Shown piece by piece: positions 38,300-48,691 of a DNA stretch of 64,000 nucleotides (position 1 is the stretch's first letter; each line of letters begins with the position of its first letter). The DNA lies in NCBI GenBank assembly GCA_040079965.1, contig JBEBJH010000001.1, positions 3,862 through 67,861 on the forward strand, read 5' to 3'. The stretch is from Cyclobacteriaceae bacterium (GTDB lineage: Bacteria > Bacteroidota > Bacteroidia > Cytophagales > Cyclobacteriaceae). The notes below the pieces were generated by a model. It ran no database searches. It was not told where the DNA came from and saw only the letters and a program-made list of their open reading frames with translations. The position numbers and the translations under genes were made by a program.

Positions 38300-41244
38300 T
38301 TGAGCAGCATCTCAATGTCCTCTCTTGAGAGAGATTTGATTACATTCTCTTCACTCTGAACCAGATTTTCAGAAAGTTTCAATTTATGTTTTTGCAGGGT
38401 GAGGATTTTTTCTTCTACAGAGTTGCGCGTAATAAATTTATAGCTGAACACTTTTTTCTTTTGACCTATGCGATGCGCCCGGTCCGTTGCCTGCGCTTCA
38501 ACTGCCGGATTCCACCAGGGATCCAGAATGAATACATAGTCGGCTTCGGTAAGATTTAATCCTAAACCACCGGCTTTGATGGAAATTAAAAAAACCTTCA
38601 GGTTTTGATCTTTATTAAATCTTTCGACCTGTTCTTTCCGATCATTGCTGGAACCATCTAAATAAGCAAACGGAATTTTTCGCCCCTTCAACATCTCCTT
38701 AATGATTTCAAGATGCTTAACAAATTGACTGAACACAAGAACCTTGTGGCCTTCCAGTAGTGCATTTTCCAGCATATGCGAAACGTCTTCCAATTTACCA
38801 GAATCACCCTCATAGCGAGGGTCAATCATTTTAGGATGATTTGAAAGCTGGCGCAACTTGGTTAAGCCTTCAAGAATCATCATACGAGTATTGTTGATGC
38901 CTTCCTTATCAATCAGGTCAAGAATTTTGTGGCGATAAAAGGATTTTGCTTCCTCATACTTCTTTTCCTGCTCTACCGTCATGTTTGTATAGTAGATATT
39001 TTCTACTTTTTCAGGAAGATCGGTCGCTACCTGCGACTTAAGCCTTCGCAACATAAAAGGTTTAATGATGGAGTTCAGTTTTTTCACTTTCACTTCATCA
39101 TGTCTCTTTTCAATCGGTACCTGGAATTCATTCTTGAAAAAAGTTTGGCCGCCAAGTAACCCTGGATTAATGAAAGTCATTTGAGACCATAAATCAAGAG
39201 TAGTATTTTCGAGCGGAGTACCAGTAAGCGTTAGCTTGTATCGCGACTTAAGCTCAATTACCGCTTTGGCAATGTTGCTGCTTGGGTTTTTTATTACCTG
39301 CGATTCGTCAAGGATGATATAGTTGAAATAGAACTTCTGAAATAATTCGACATCCAAACGCGTGATACCATAGGAAGTAAGCACTACATCATATTTACTG
39401 AAACGACTAATGTCCTTATTACGAAGCGTACCGGTGTAGGTTAAAATCTTTAATTCAGGAGTAAATTTGCTTGCTTCCATTTCCCAGTTATAAATCAGGG
39501 AAGTTGGCATGATCAATAAAGAGGTTCCGGCATTACCTCTTTCCTTTTCGGCTTGAAGCAAGGCCAATGTTTGAACAGTCTTTCCAAGGCCCATGTCATC
39601 GGCCAAGCAGCCACCCAAATGAAATTCATTGAGAAAACGCAGCCAGTTATAACCGGCTTTTTGATAGGGACGTAGTGTACCAACAAATTTTTCTGGAAGG
39701 GGATAATCCTTAATGCCACTGAATGATTGAAGGTTGCGTAGGCGCTCGCTCATGTGAACCTTTGCCAGGTTGCCTTCTTCAAGCTCCCGAAGCAGATTGA
39801 TATGATGTTTCTTTAAAACGGGTTTCTCATGGTCCCCGTGAGTCTCGCTCATCGCGAATAAGTCACCATATTTTATTAGCCACGCCTCAGGAATGATGGC
39901 GATTTCTCCATTGGGCAGTTTGAACTCTACTTTCTTTTTTAGGATAAGTTTTCGGAGTTCTTTAAAAGAGATTTCATATTCACCGAAGCGAATCTTGGCA
40001 TGGATATCAAACCAGTCAATGTTTTCTTTTACCTCCAGTTCTATTATTGCCTTGCCAACAAAATATTTTTTATCGCGATTGTCGGGTTGACTTACTTCAA
40101 AGCCGAGGTTAAGCAGGTTTACCCGATTTTCGTTGAGCCATGAGAAGGCATGAGCTTTGTCAACGGCTGTACGAAATCCCCGCAAGGGCAACCCTAATTT
40201 GATGAGAGTTTGAGCGTATTTTTTTTCAGTATCCGTGTTTCTCTTTACCCTGTGAAAGACGTAATCATTTTCCTTTTTCTCAACAGTAACGCTTACAGGT
40301 CCGAAAGCGTCTCCGCGAAAGCGATGCTTTCCGTATTTGAAGGAAAGGTCAAAGACAATTTTGCCGGCTTCGTCATTGCTTATACCTTCTTCAGGTCCAG
40401 TGGCACCAAATAAGGAAGGAACCTCCTTGGAACTCGCAGGAGGTAGTTCAGATATTGTAAGTAGTGGATGGGGATCGTATTCGTTTTTGTTGATTTCAAA
40501 TCCAAAGGCTTCAATATCATCGAAGGAAGCAATCAGGGGTGCAACAAATCGATTATAATATGTCTCTTCCAGATTCTTAGGAATAACTACGTGCTTCTTA
40601 CTTAAAAAAGGAAGTAGCTTTTTACCATCTACTGTCTTTTCGAAACCATAGAGTTTTCCATTAAGCACCATCCAGGCGGGTTGTTTGCAGATCAGATAGG
40701 CGCTTGGGTTTGGAATATCTATTCGCTTGCCTTCGTAAGTTATGGTTGGGTAGTAATTGGTATTTTCCTCGCTCCTGCGAAAATGAAACTGGATGCTTGC
40801 CCGCTTTTCAAGCACATCCACTTTGCGCCAGGTGGGCTCGCCATCGTTGCCCATTTCGAAAAGCATTTTACCTTTCATTTTTTCCAACACCGCAGCCCTT
40901 CGCTTTTCCATAAATGCTTCAATCTGCTCTTGCAGAAGTTCATCGCCTTTGTCTTTCTTAAAAACTTTGCTGAAGAACTCATCGGGCTTCATAATTTTCT
41001 TAGAAAAATGTCTGAGCACAGCATCCTGGCTCATGCTATCCATCATTTCTATTAATTCAAAATCGCGATCATCAAGCCCCTTAGAAAATTCGCGCGCGTT
41101 TTTATGAGAAATGTTTTGATGTTGGTAGGTGAGCTTGCCTTTTTCGTCCAGATGCACGATGAATGATTCAAAAATATAGCCCAGATACTCGTGCTGATAC
41201 AGCGAGTAGATGATTTGAAAAGGCTGGGCTGCCGAGACTTTCAT
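38296..41244 (-). CDS. SNF2-family helicase/ATPase
   Basis: LRPYQ, LADDMGLGKT, ILDESQ, LTGTPLEN, KVLVFSQF, GLGLNLT, DPWWNPA, RAHRIGQ. Confidence 0.93.
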   Translation of the reverse strand: MKVSAAQPFQIIYSLYQHEYLGYIFESFIVHLDEKGKLTYQHQNISHKNAREFSKGLDDRDFELIEMMDSMSQDAVLRHFSKKIMKPDEFFSKVFKKDKGDELLQEQIEAFMEKRRAAVLEKMKGKMLFEMGNDGEPTWRKVDVLEKRASIQFHFRRSEENTNYYPTITYEGKRIDIPNPSAYLICKQPAWMVLNGKLYGFEKTVDGKKLLPFLSKKHVVIPKNLEETYYNRFVAPLIASFDDIEAFGFEINKNEYDPHPLLTISELPPASSKEVPSLFGATGPEEGISNDEAGKIVFDLSFKYGKHRFRGDAFGPVSVTVEKKENDYVFHRVKRNTDTEKKYAQTLIKLGLPLRGFRTAVDKAHAFSWLNENRVNLLNLGFEVSQPDNRDKKYFVGKAIIELEVKENIDWFDIHAKIRFGEYEISFKELRKLILKKKVEFKLPNGEIAIIPEAWLIKYGDLFAMSETHGDHEKPVLKKHHINLLRELEEGNLAKVHMSERLRNLQSFSGIKDYPLPEKFVGTLRPYQKAGYNWLRFLNEFHLGGCLADDMGLGKTVQTLALLQAEKERGNAGTSLLIMPTSLIYNWEMEASKFTPELKILTYTGTLRNKDISRFSKYDVVLTSYGITRLDVELFQKFYFNYIILDESQVIKNPSSNIAKAVIELKSRYKLTLTGTPLENTTLDLWSQMTFINPGLLGGQTFFKNEFQVPIEKRHDEVKVKKLNSIIKPFMLRRLKSQVATDLPEKVENIYYTNMTVEQEKKYEEAKSFYRHKILDLIDKEGINNTRMMILEGLTKLRQLSNHPKMIDPRYEGDSGKLEDVSHMLENALLEGHKVLVFSQFVKHLEIIKEMLKGRKIPFAYLDGSSNDRKEQVERFNKDQNLKVFLISIKAGGLGLNLTEADYVFILDPWWNPAVEAQATDRAHRIGQKKKVFSYKFITRNSVEEKILTLQKHKLKLSENLVQSEENVIKSLSREDIEMLLN

Positions 41245-41412
41245 GGCTATGGTTTACCTTAACTACTGGTTCGATAAGATGCCCCTGATTTTCAAAAGAA
41301 TTCTAATAGGCTCATTTTTGGCACTTTACAGAATAAGCAGAATTGCAAATTAGGCAATTTTGGCCAATAAATATTGGAAATATAACCTCAAATCATGCTT
41401 GATAATTACATC

Positions 41413-42636
41413 CTACAGGGACTCGATTGAGTAGGATCGGGCTGCCAGGCGGGCCGGGTAAAAGGAAACAAGTATGGTAATGAAAATAATTACCCCAGAT
41501 GTTAGTACAAAGTCAGCTAGCCGCATTTTAACCGGGTAGTTTGAGACAATGGCATTTTCCATACCCATTCCCACCAATCCAAAGGTATCCTGCAACCAAC
41601 AAATCACTCCCCCTAGCACCAGTCCGGCAATTGCTCCGATAAAAGCAATCAATGCTCCTTCACTAAGAAAGATTTTCCGTATCAGATGGTCGTGGCTGCC
41701 CAGTGCAAACAGTATGGAAATGTCTTTTTTCTTGTCAAGCGCCAGCATCATAAGGGAAAAGAAAATATTTATGGATGCTACGAGCACAAGGAGCGTTAAG
41801 GCAACGAACGTAAAAAGTTTTTCAATTTTTAGCAGACGATACAGATCCTTGTGCTGTTCTTCGTTGGTAAGCACATTGAAATTTTCACCTAACGCATCGC
41901 TAATCTTTTGTTGAACCCTTTTCAAATCTGATTCCTTATCAGTTTGAATTTCCAATGAGGTCCTTTTGTTGCCATAATTGAGCAAATCTTGAGCAAACTG
42001 CAGGGGGACGAAAATGTAGTTTTCATCGTAGTTCTTTTCGATAGAGAAAACACCCCCCGGTTCAATGGATTTGCGGGCATATAACTGCGATGGATCTAGC
42101 GAGGAAGACTTCATGTTTTTAATGTAGAATACCTGAAGGGGAAAAAGATTTTCGCTTACCCCAACAGATAAAGCATATTGCACCCCACGACCAATGATGG
42201 CATAGTCAATACTGTTTTCTTTTAACACAAGCCGCCCATCAGCCAGATGGTCATCCAATCGGTGTTGATCTATGAAATTATCGCTAACCCCCTTCATCGT
42301 TACAACCATATCCGCATCCCGATAACGAACATAGGCATAGTCCTCAATTACCTCGGTAACAATCCTTACGCCTTGGATAGCTTGAATTTTTGCAATGAAC
42401 TCAGGGGTTACTTCAAAGGACTTTCCTTTCTTAAGTTCAATTTTTATTTCCGGATCAAACGAAGAGTAAAGGGAACGCAGCAATCCTTCCAGGCCATTGA
42501 AAACAGAAAGCACGATGATTAATGCGGCTGTTGAAAAGGCAATGCCAATCATGGAAAGCAGCGAAATGATATTGATGAAATTCTTCTTTCTTTTTGAAAG
42601 AAAATATCGTCTGGCTATGAAGAGGGAGAGATTCAA
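41413..42636 (-). CDS. LolC/E-like (FtsX-family) ABC transporter permease
   Basis: IARRYFLS, LSVFNG, MacB-like periplasmic loop, KKKDISIL.ALG, YPARLA. Confidence 0.85.
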   Translation of the reverse strand: MNLSLFIARRYFLSKRKKNFINIISLLSMIGIAFSTAALIIVLSVFNGLEGLLRSLYSSFDPEIKIELKKGKSFEVTPEFIAKIQAIQGVRIVTEVIEDYAYVRYRDADMVVTMKGVSDNFIDQHRLDDHLADGRLVLKENSIDYAIIGRGVQYALSVGVSENLFPLQVFYIKNMKSSSLDPSQLYARKSIEPGGVFSIEKNYDENYIFVPLQFAQDLLNYGNKRTSLEIQTDKESDLKRVQQKISDALGENFNVLTNEEQHKDLYRLLKIEKLFTFVALTLLVLVASINIFFSLMMLALDKKKDISILFALGSHDHLIRKIFLSEGALIAFIGAIAGLVLGGVICWLQDTFGLVGMGMENAIVSNYPVKMRLADFVLTSGVIIFITILVSFYPARLAARSYSIESL

Positions 42637-42668
42637 ATGAAAGTTAAAATAGTTAGAAAGTTTGACGG

Positions 42669-43040
42669 CTACTCATCTTTGCTTTCTTTGGGTATGTGTA
42701 GGTTCTTAATCAGATCTTCCATGCGTTGTGCATTCTCTTCAATTTCGTCAATGAAAAAGACGAGGGCTGGTATAATCCGGGCTTGATTACGGATACGATC
42801 GCCCAACGCTTTTCTGATTTCACTTTTATGCGATTCGATATTGGCCAAAACAGCTTTTTTGTCTTTGGCGAGCGTCATGCTTAAATAGACTTTAGCCACA
42901 CTCAAATCAGGACTCATCCTAACATCAGCAATGGTTATAAATACATTTCCAATAATCCCTCTCTTATCTTTAAGAAAAATGTCGCTTAATTCTTTCAGAA
43001 TCAACTTGCTGTACTTCTGTTGTCTCACGGTGCCACTCAT
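42669..43040 (-). CDS. rbfA: 30S ribosome-binding factor RbfA
   Basis: RQQKYSKLI, VRMSPDLSVAKVYLS, IPALVFFID. Confidence 0.92.
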   Translation of the reverse strand: MSGTVRQQKYSKLILKELSDIFLKDKRGIIGNVFITIADVRMSPDLSVAKVYLSMTLAKDKKAVLANIESHKSEIRKALGDRIRNQARIIPALVFFIDEIEENAQRMEDLIKNLHIPKESKDE

Positions 43041-43044
43041 AGCG

Positions 43045-43052
43045 CAAAGATA
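43045..43052 (-). promoter_or_regulatory. -7 promoter element for rbfA
   Basis: TATCTTTG on the minus strand, 4 nt before the ATG. Confidence 0.6.
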
Positions 43053-43129
43053 CTAAGATAAGCTGCCACATTTTATATTGGCAAAGACTGTCAACTTTTT
43101 TATTTTATTTGCGCAACAATTAAACGCCT

Positions 43130-44524
43130 GTGTTGCTTCGAATTTTTCGTGTTAATGATCCTTATCGGCTTTTGGGCATATTAATGCTGCTCGTTCTTGT
43201 AGGCCTTGCCCTGTTCTTGGACCCGGTAGGCATTACCCTAAATGAATTAAGAAGTATCGTTTTGGGGGAGTTGCTAAATGATGGAAAAAGTCTCTATAGT
43301 CAACTAATGACCAGCACGCCCCCATTTGCTTCCTGGTTTTCCGGCTGGGTTGACTTGCTTTTTGGCAGATCGCTCACAGCGCGGCATATCTTGTCGTTGC
43401 TAATTATTTTTTTCCAGGGAGCTTTCTTTGCGATACTCCTAATCAACAATAAAGCTCAGAATGAAAGCACCTATTTGCCGGCATTAATCTTTGGAGTGCT
43501 CTGCTTTTTTTCTTTTGACATGCTCTCCCTTTCGGGGGAGCTTCTGGGCAGCACATTCCTGCTATTTGCCTTGAATAATCTTTTCAAGGAGGTGGAATTC
43601 AGAATTCAACAGGATAGCATTTTACTTAATCTGGGGATATATCTTGGAATAGCCTCCCTCATCGTATTTAGCTATTCAGTTTTTTTGCCTGGCACATTGA
43701 TTATTCTCCTCCTCTTCACCCGTCTAACTATACGCAAGGCGCTGATCTTAATTTTTGGGTTTTTATTGCCTCATGCATTGCTGGCAGCAGTTTATTTTGC
43801 GAGAGGAGATTTCAGTTCTCTTTGGTATAATTTTTATATGGGTAATGAGTGGATGAGCAGTAATCTCATCAGCCTTTCATCCATGGTCTATCTCTCATTT
43901 ATCCCGATTACTTATTTTATCTTTTCTCTTGTCATGCTTAACCGTGATGCACGACTAACCAAATATCAGTCTCAGCTTTTACAAATCATGTTCGTTTGGT
44001 TATTGATTGCCATCGCAGAAATAATTTTATCAGGCAAGATGAGCCCATCACGGGTTATCACGTTTGCTCCTCCACTAGCCTACTTCACAAGCCATTACTT
44101 TTTGTTGATCTCGAGAAAGTGGATTGGAGAACTGATGATTTGGCTGTTTATCGGTGGAATCTTAATAACCAGTTATCTGGCGCGTTATCAAAAAATTGGA
44201 GTCATTGACTATAACAACCTATTCCCTGCAAAGTCAGCATATTCCAACCAGATTAAAGGTAAGCGGGTATTGGTTCTTGGCACAGACTGGGGCCTGTATG
44301 AGTCAAATCAAATGGCTTCGCACTTCTATGATTGGCAACTTGCCGAACAAGTATTTACAAAACCTGACTACTTTGAAAACGTAGTCAAAGTTGATCAATC
44401 ATTTATTCAGGATTCCCCTGAGATAATTGTAGATAAGAGTAATCTAATGGTAAAAATGATGGAGCGAATTCCCCGCCTCAGGCAAGATTACACAAAACAG
44501 GGTGACTTATACATTCGCAATTGA
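43130..44524 (+). CDS. Multi-pass membrane protein (DUF6427-like, GT-C-like topology)
   Basis: About 10 hydrophobic helices and a soluble C-terminal domain. The family assignment is tentative. Confidence 0.6.
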   Translation: MLLRIFRVNDPYRLLGILMLLVLVGLALFLDPVGITLNELRSIVLGELLNDGKSLYSQLMTSTPPFASWFSGWVDLLFGRSLTARHILSLLIIFFQGAFFAILLINNKAQNESTYLPALIFGVLCFFSFDMLSLSGELLGSTFLLFALNNLFKEVEFRIQQDSILLNLGIYLGIASLIVFSYSVFLPGTLIILLLFTRLTIRKALILIFGFLLPHALLAAVYFARGDFSSLWYNFYMGNEWMSSNLISLSSMVYLSFIPITYFIFSLVMLNRDARLTKYQSQLLQIMFVWLLIAIAEIILSGKMSPSRVITFAPPLAYFTSHYFLLISRKWIGELMIWLFIGGILITSYLARYQKIGVIDYNNLFPAKSAYSNQIKGKRVLVLGTDWGLYESNQMASHFYDWQLAEQVFTKPDYFENVVKVDQSFIQDSPEIIVDKSNLMVKMMERIPRLRQDYTKQGDLYIRN

Positions 44525-44572
44525 ATGTGTTAATTTGATAACTTAGTATCGATTTAAATCGTATTAGTACGC

Positions 44573-45118
44573 ATGCGGCTGCTGATTCTTATTTTGTTTT
44601 GGTCTACGCTTTTATACTCCTGCAAGGAGATCACTTTTCGGGAGCCACAACCCGCGGGCATTGCCCCCTTAAGAGAGGTGCCTTCAGCTATAAGAGGCCC
44701 ATACGCTACCAGGGATAAGGCTACCGGAGAAACTGGAGATACACTGATCATTGAATCCTGGGGCTACCATTTTAAAGACAAGGAAGACAAGGATTGGCTT
44801 GGGAAAGGGAAGCTCAGCGATACCCTGGTGGTGAAGTTTTACGAAAACTATTACTTCGTAAATTTTAAAGAGGGAGATCAATGGGTACTTCGATTAATAA
44901 AGGAAAAATCTCCAGGCGTTCTCGAATTTATGTCGATTGACATTCAGGATGATTCGAAGCGTAAAGAGATGCTTCGAAAAATCTCAAGGAAAGTTCCTAT
45001 TAAGGAAATTGATCGTAACGATGATACCTTTTATCAGATCAACCCCACTCCTGCACAATTAATGGGGTTAATCAAGGACGGGTTCTTTACAGGAATTGAG
45101 CTGAGAAAGATAAAATAA
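44573..45118 (+). CDS. Hypothetical lipoprotein
   Basis: Lipobox LYSC followed by F.EPQP and a beta-rich body. Confidence 0.7.
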   Translation: MRLLILILFWSTLLYSCKEITFREPQPAGIAPLREVPSAIRGPYATRDKATGETGDTLIIESWGYHFKDKEDKDWLGKGKLSDTLVVKFYENYYFVNFKEGDQWVLRLIKEKSPGVLEFMSIDIQDDSKRKEMLRKISRKVPIKEIDRNDDTFYQINPTPAQLMGLIKDGFFTGIELRKIK

Positions 45119-45151
45119 TAGAGCCCGTGAGGCCCTATTAAAATTTAAGCA

Positions 45152-48139
45152 TTAATTCTTTTTCTTCTTTTTCAACAGGTTTTGCAATTTATCTTCCAGC
45201 ACTTTTTGTGTCTCTTGTTTTACATCAGTTTTGGTTGAATCTTTTGGCACAACCTCGCCAGCCTTGGTAGTATCTTTTTTAGGATTCAGCAAATTATCAA
45301 GGGCTTCTTCTGGCTTTTTCCCTCCCAAAACATCCTGAATAGCTTGCTTGCCCTTTTCTTCAGCGGCAGCAGTTACAGCTTCTTTTACCTGAGCCTGTTG
45401 TTCTTGCGTCATGAGCGTGGTCTTGGGGTCATTGTAGGTACCGCCAAGTCCAATCGTTACAGGAATTTCGGATGTCGGATTGTTAGCGCCCGTAGTTTGA
45501 TTGACAAAGCCCTGCAATTGCGAACCAAGTTTTCCGGCAGGAACATTCATCTTTAACATATAAGCAATTGACCCATCAAGCCCCGTGCTTCCGCTGATAT
45601 TAGCTAGGTAATCACCAAACTTTACATTAAACGGTTTAACACTTAAGCGCCCGTCTTTTATGGCTGCTGACATAAGCACATCTTTCAATGTTACTTTATC
45701 GGCATCATCCAGCTTTGTTAGCGATGTAACACCCGAAATCAGTTTTGATTGAGTCAGGGCAGCCTGCGCTATTTTGATTAACCCATTTCCATTTACGGTG
45801 CTCATCTTCGGCATCATGTCCTGGCCCAATTCACCACTCATTCTAAAATCGGTACCAAAATTTCCGGTCACGAGGCCCGCAATAGGAGCATACGTTTTTA
45901 CAATAGAAAATGAACTGGCTGCCTGTTGGATTGATAGATGTTCGACTTTAAGTCCAAAATCGTAAAGCGGGTGTTTAATGTCTTTTGTATTGTAAGTTCC
46001 ATTAACAACAAAGGCGCCCCCCAGCAAGTTGAACTTTATACCATCCAGATTAGCGACCCCGTCTTTTACAATAATATCACCCACTGCATCAGTAATGGTG
46101 AAGTCCATCATCTTTGCAGTTTTAATATTAGAATGAAGCAGGAAGTCAATATTTTCAGGAACCGGGATAACTCCGACTGAAGCTGTGTCTAAAGAGGAGG
46201 TTGTCTCTTCGGTTTCAGTCATGAATTCATTGAGATCTAAAAGAATTGAATTAAAATTCAGAGTGCCTTTTATGGTTTCGTTGGGACCAAACAGGTAGCC
46301 AATATAATTGTTGATAGCTCCTGTTACTTCGAAATCACTTTTACCAATCGTGCCGGTTGTATTTTTCAATTCAATTTTCTTAGGATCAAACACAGCCTCT
46401 GATTGACTAATCGTAACAGCATAGGGAAGATCTTTCGAATTGTATTTGAAATCTTTCAGGGAAGCCGTTCCGCTGGTAGGTAATCGATCATATCGGCTGG
46501 TTTCCAGATCGGAATATTTTCCCTTGGTTTGAATATCAGCTTTTACCTTTCCGGCTAGGGTCATGCCTTCTACAGGGAATATTCTGGTGATTTTCTCAAG
46601 ATCAATTCCCCCATTTGCTTTAACGTCCCAGGTATAATCATCCAGGTTTTGGAGAACCAGGTCAGCTTTAAATTTTTCACCATCCATCAACATGCTAAAA
46701 TCCTTTACAGTGATCAATGTTTCGGCCATTTTGCCACTTGAATTCTGGACAGAAGAATTGAAATGCAGATCTTCAAGAGGTAATGGAAACTCTGATGATT
46801 TTACATAGCCGTCTGCCAACGACATGGATGCATTAATGGCAGGAATGATTTTTTTCAAGCTATCATACACACCTTTAGCTGAGGCGTTGATGGAAAAGAG
46901 ACCTTTCATTTCAAGGCCTTCCAGGGGAAACATCTTACCCAGTTCAGCCAGATTAAGAGAAGCTTTTAAATTACCATCCATGCGGTAATCCTTTAGGTTC
47001 TCGATCAACAAGCGCGCATCCACAGGATTAGCTCCAAAATCCAAATGGAGTTTTTTCAGGTCTACAACCGTGTTTTCAATCACTCCGGTTTTATTATCCA
47101 CCAATAAATCCATGTTGATATTAGAAATTGCAGTAGGTAAATCGGGGTATTTGAACATTGCTTCATTTACATTCAAAGCCAGGTTGAATGCCGGCATTTG
47201 AGTATCGCTATAGGTTCCTTTTGCAGAACCGGCAAAAGACAAATCGCCCTTAGTCTCAATACTTCCAAAGTCTTTAGTATAAATTCCCGGAACGAGGGAC
47301 AATAAACTCTTAAATGTATTCTCTGGGCTTTTGAATTGAAGATCCATGCCATAGTCATTCTCATTCATTTTAAACCATCCAGAGGCACTCATCGCAAAGT
47401 CATTGAGCTTGGTCGTATTGTCTTTAAAAGTATAACGTGTGTATTCTTCGCTTATCCCCAGCGTAGCATCTATTTGAGCACGTTTGTTTGTCAGATATTC
47501 AACGCCATCATAAGCAACGGTCATTGAATCGGCCACGGTGTTAGTTTTGAGATCAAACTCCTTTTCATTGAAATCTCCACTCCCGGAATGATTTAATCCG
47601 CGCAGCGAAGTATAAAATGGGATAGACTGATCATCATAGATAAGTTGACCACCTATAATTGCCCAATGATCAATCCCAAAAGAAAATGAACCCGACTCTC
47701 CAGCGGCAACGCTAACGGTATCAGCAGAAGGATAGGTAATGTCATAATTTGCACGGCCATCCTTTAATACCTTTATCGTGATCTGGGGCTTAACCAGCGA
47801 GATGCCCTTTAATCTAAGTTGATCCCCAAATAACAGATCCTTAAGGTTTACCTCAACCGCTAATTCCTCAACCACAAAGAGAGGAACTCCTTCAAACGGG
47901 GCTCTGTTAAATACACCTAACTCTTTAACCTCAATAGTAAGATTCGGAAAATTTCTGAATAGGGTGAGATCAAAATTATTAACGTCAAAAAGTACGTCAG
48001 CATTTACGCTTTTAGCAATTTCTTTATCGATGGCAGCCTTTATGTCGTCTTTGAACACAACCGGAATAATAAAGGCGGCCGCTACTAAAATGATTATAAA
48101 CACACCCAGACCGATAAGAACCTTCTTCACGATTTTCAT
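45152..48139 (-). CDS. AsmA-family protein
   Basis: Single N-terminal TM, F.NF..., DGRANYDI, repeated beta-groove segments, AsmA-like C-terminus. Start refined to ATG 48139. Confidence 0.82.
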   Translation of the reverse strand: MKIVKKVLIGLGVFIIILVAAAFIIPVVFKDDIKAAIDKEIAKSVNADVLFDVNNFDLTLFRNFPNLTIEVKELGVFNRAPFEGVPLFVVEELAVEVNLKDLLFGDQLRLKGISLVKPQITIKVLKDGRANYDITYPSADTVSVAAGESGSFSFGIDHWAIIGGQLIYDDQSIPFYTSLRGLNHSGSGDFNEKEFDLKTNTVADSMTVAYDGVEYLTNKRAQIDATLGISEEYTRYTFKDNTTKLNDFAMSASGWFKMNENDYGMDLQFKSPENTFKSLLSLVPGIYTKDFGSIETKGDLSFAGSAKGTYSDTQMPAFNLALNVNEAMFKYPDLPTAISNINMDLLVDNKTGVIENTVVDLKKLHLDFGANPVDARLLIENLKDYRMDGNLKASLNLAELGKMFPLEGLEMKGLFSINASAKGVYDSLKKIIPAINASMSLADGYVKSSEFPLPLEDLHFNSSVQNSSGKMAETLITVKDFSMLMDGEKFKADLVLQNLDDYTWDVKANGGIDLEKITRIFPVEGMTLAGKVKADIQTKGKYSDLETSRYDRLPTSGTASLKDFKYNSKDLPYAVTISQSEAVFDPKKIELKNTTGTIGKSDFEVTGAINNYIGYLFGPNETIKGTLNFNSILLDLNEFMTETEETTSSLDTASVGVIPVPENIDFLLHSNIKTAKMMDFTITDAVGDIIVKDGVANLDGIKFNLLGGAFVVNGTYNTKDIKHPLYDFGLKVEHLSIQQAASSFSIVKTYAPIAGLVTGNFGTDFRMSGELGQDMMPKMSTVNGNGLIKIAQAALTQSKLISGVTSLTKLDDADKVTLKDVLMSAAIKDGRLSVKPFNVKFGDYLANISGSTGLDGSIAYMLKMNVPAGKLGSQLQGFVNQTTGANNPTSEIPVTIGLGGTYNDPKTTLMTQEQQAQVKEAVTAAAEEKGKQAIQDVLGGKKPEEALDNLLNPKKDTTKAGEVVPKDSTKTDVKQETQKVLEDKLQNLLKKKKKN

Positions 48140-48612
48140 AGTAATTTTGATAATTTGAAAGGAATGCAAAATTAGCAAATCCAAAGCCATTCCGGCAGCC
48201 AAATCCGGCAACTAACTTAAACTCATTCAACGAATTGTATCTCAAATTGGTGTCCGAACCTGCGAATCATTAAGTGTATTAATGTGTTCAAGCAAACACT
48301 TTAAATCTAACAGGTGGGTAATGTTAAATAAATTCGAGCCTTCCAAATACGACAAGGTTGCCAAACTATGAAACCAACATATCTCGATCAAAGACTTCTT
48401 GAAATTCATGATGGAACCCTTCAGTGTAGTTTTGTAAGTGAGATCGATTAGTTACAAAGTACATCTTCACTTTTCTAAACAGAGGTAACTGGAACATTAC
48501 TTCGCCTTTCACTCCTCAGAAAGACCATCAAATAAGCTAATTCTGCTGAATTGCCATTTTTTCGATGAAAAACGTGGTTTTTTTGATAAAATCAACGGTT
48601 TGGAAGTTCCTA

Positions 48613-48684
48613 ATGTTAAGTTTATGTTACTGGTAGTTGACTTATGTTACCTGAATGTTAAATTTATGTTATCGAGTTTAACAT
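48613..48684 (+). repeat. Phased ATGTTA direct-repeat array (candidate transcription-factor binding sites)
   Basis: ATGTTA at 48613, 48624, 48644, 48655 and 48666 (spacing 11, 20, 11, 11), plus inverted TAACAT at 48679. Confidence 0.75.
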
Positions 48685-48691
48685 TTGGGTA

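Noticed and set aside
38296-41244. SNF2 helicase as part of an anti-phage system (DISARM/BREX/Zorya-like)
   Set aside because: It is flanked by housekeeping genes (acyltransferase, LolC/E-like, rbfA), with no methylase, nuclease or other defence partners.
44543-44569. TTAGTA-t-CGATTTAAATCG-ta-TTAGTA: 12-bp palindrome flanked by direct repeats
   Set aside because: The half-sites are direct, not inverted, so it does not fit the SOS-box geometry. It is short, AT-rich and single-copy, and may be chance.
45117-45137. Hairpin ATAGAGCC-cgtga-GGCCCTAT as a terminator
   Set aside because: The stem is mismatched and the U-tract poor; plausible but not supportable.
48140-48245. Longer asmA start (48211) and the 73-aa ORF 48024-48245
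   Set aside because: The TM anchor begins right after MKIVKK (48139). The alternative ORF is an out-of-frame shadow.
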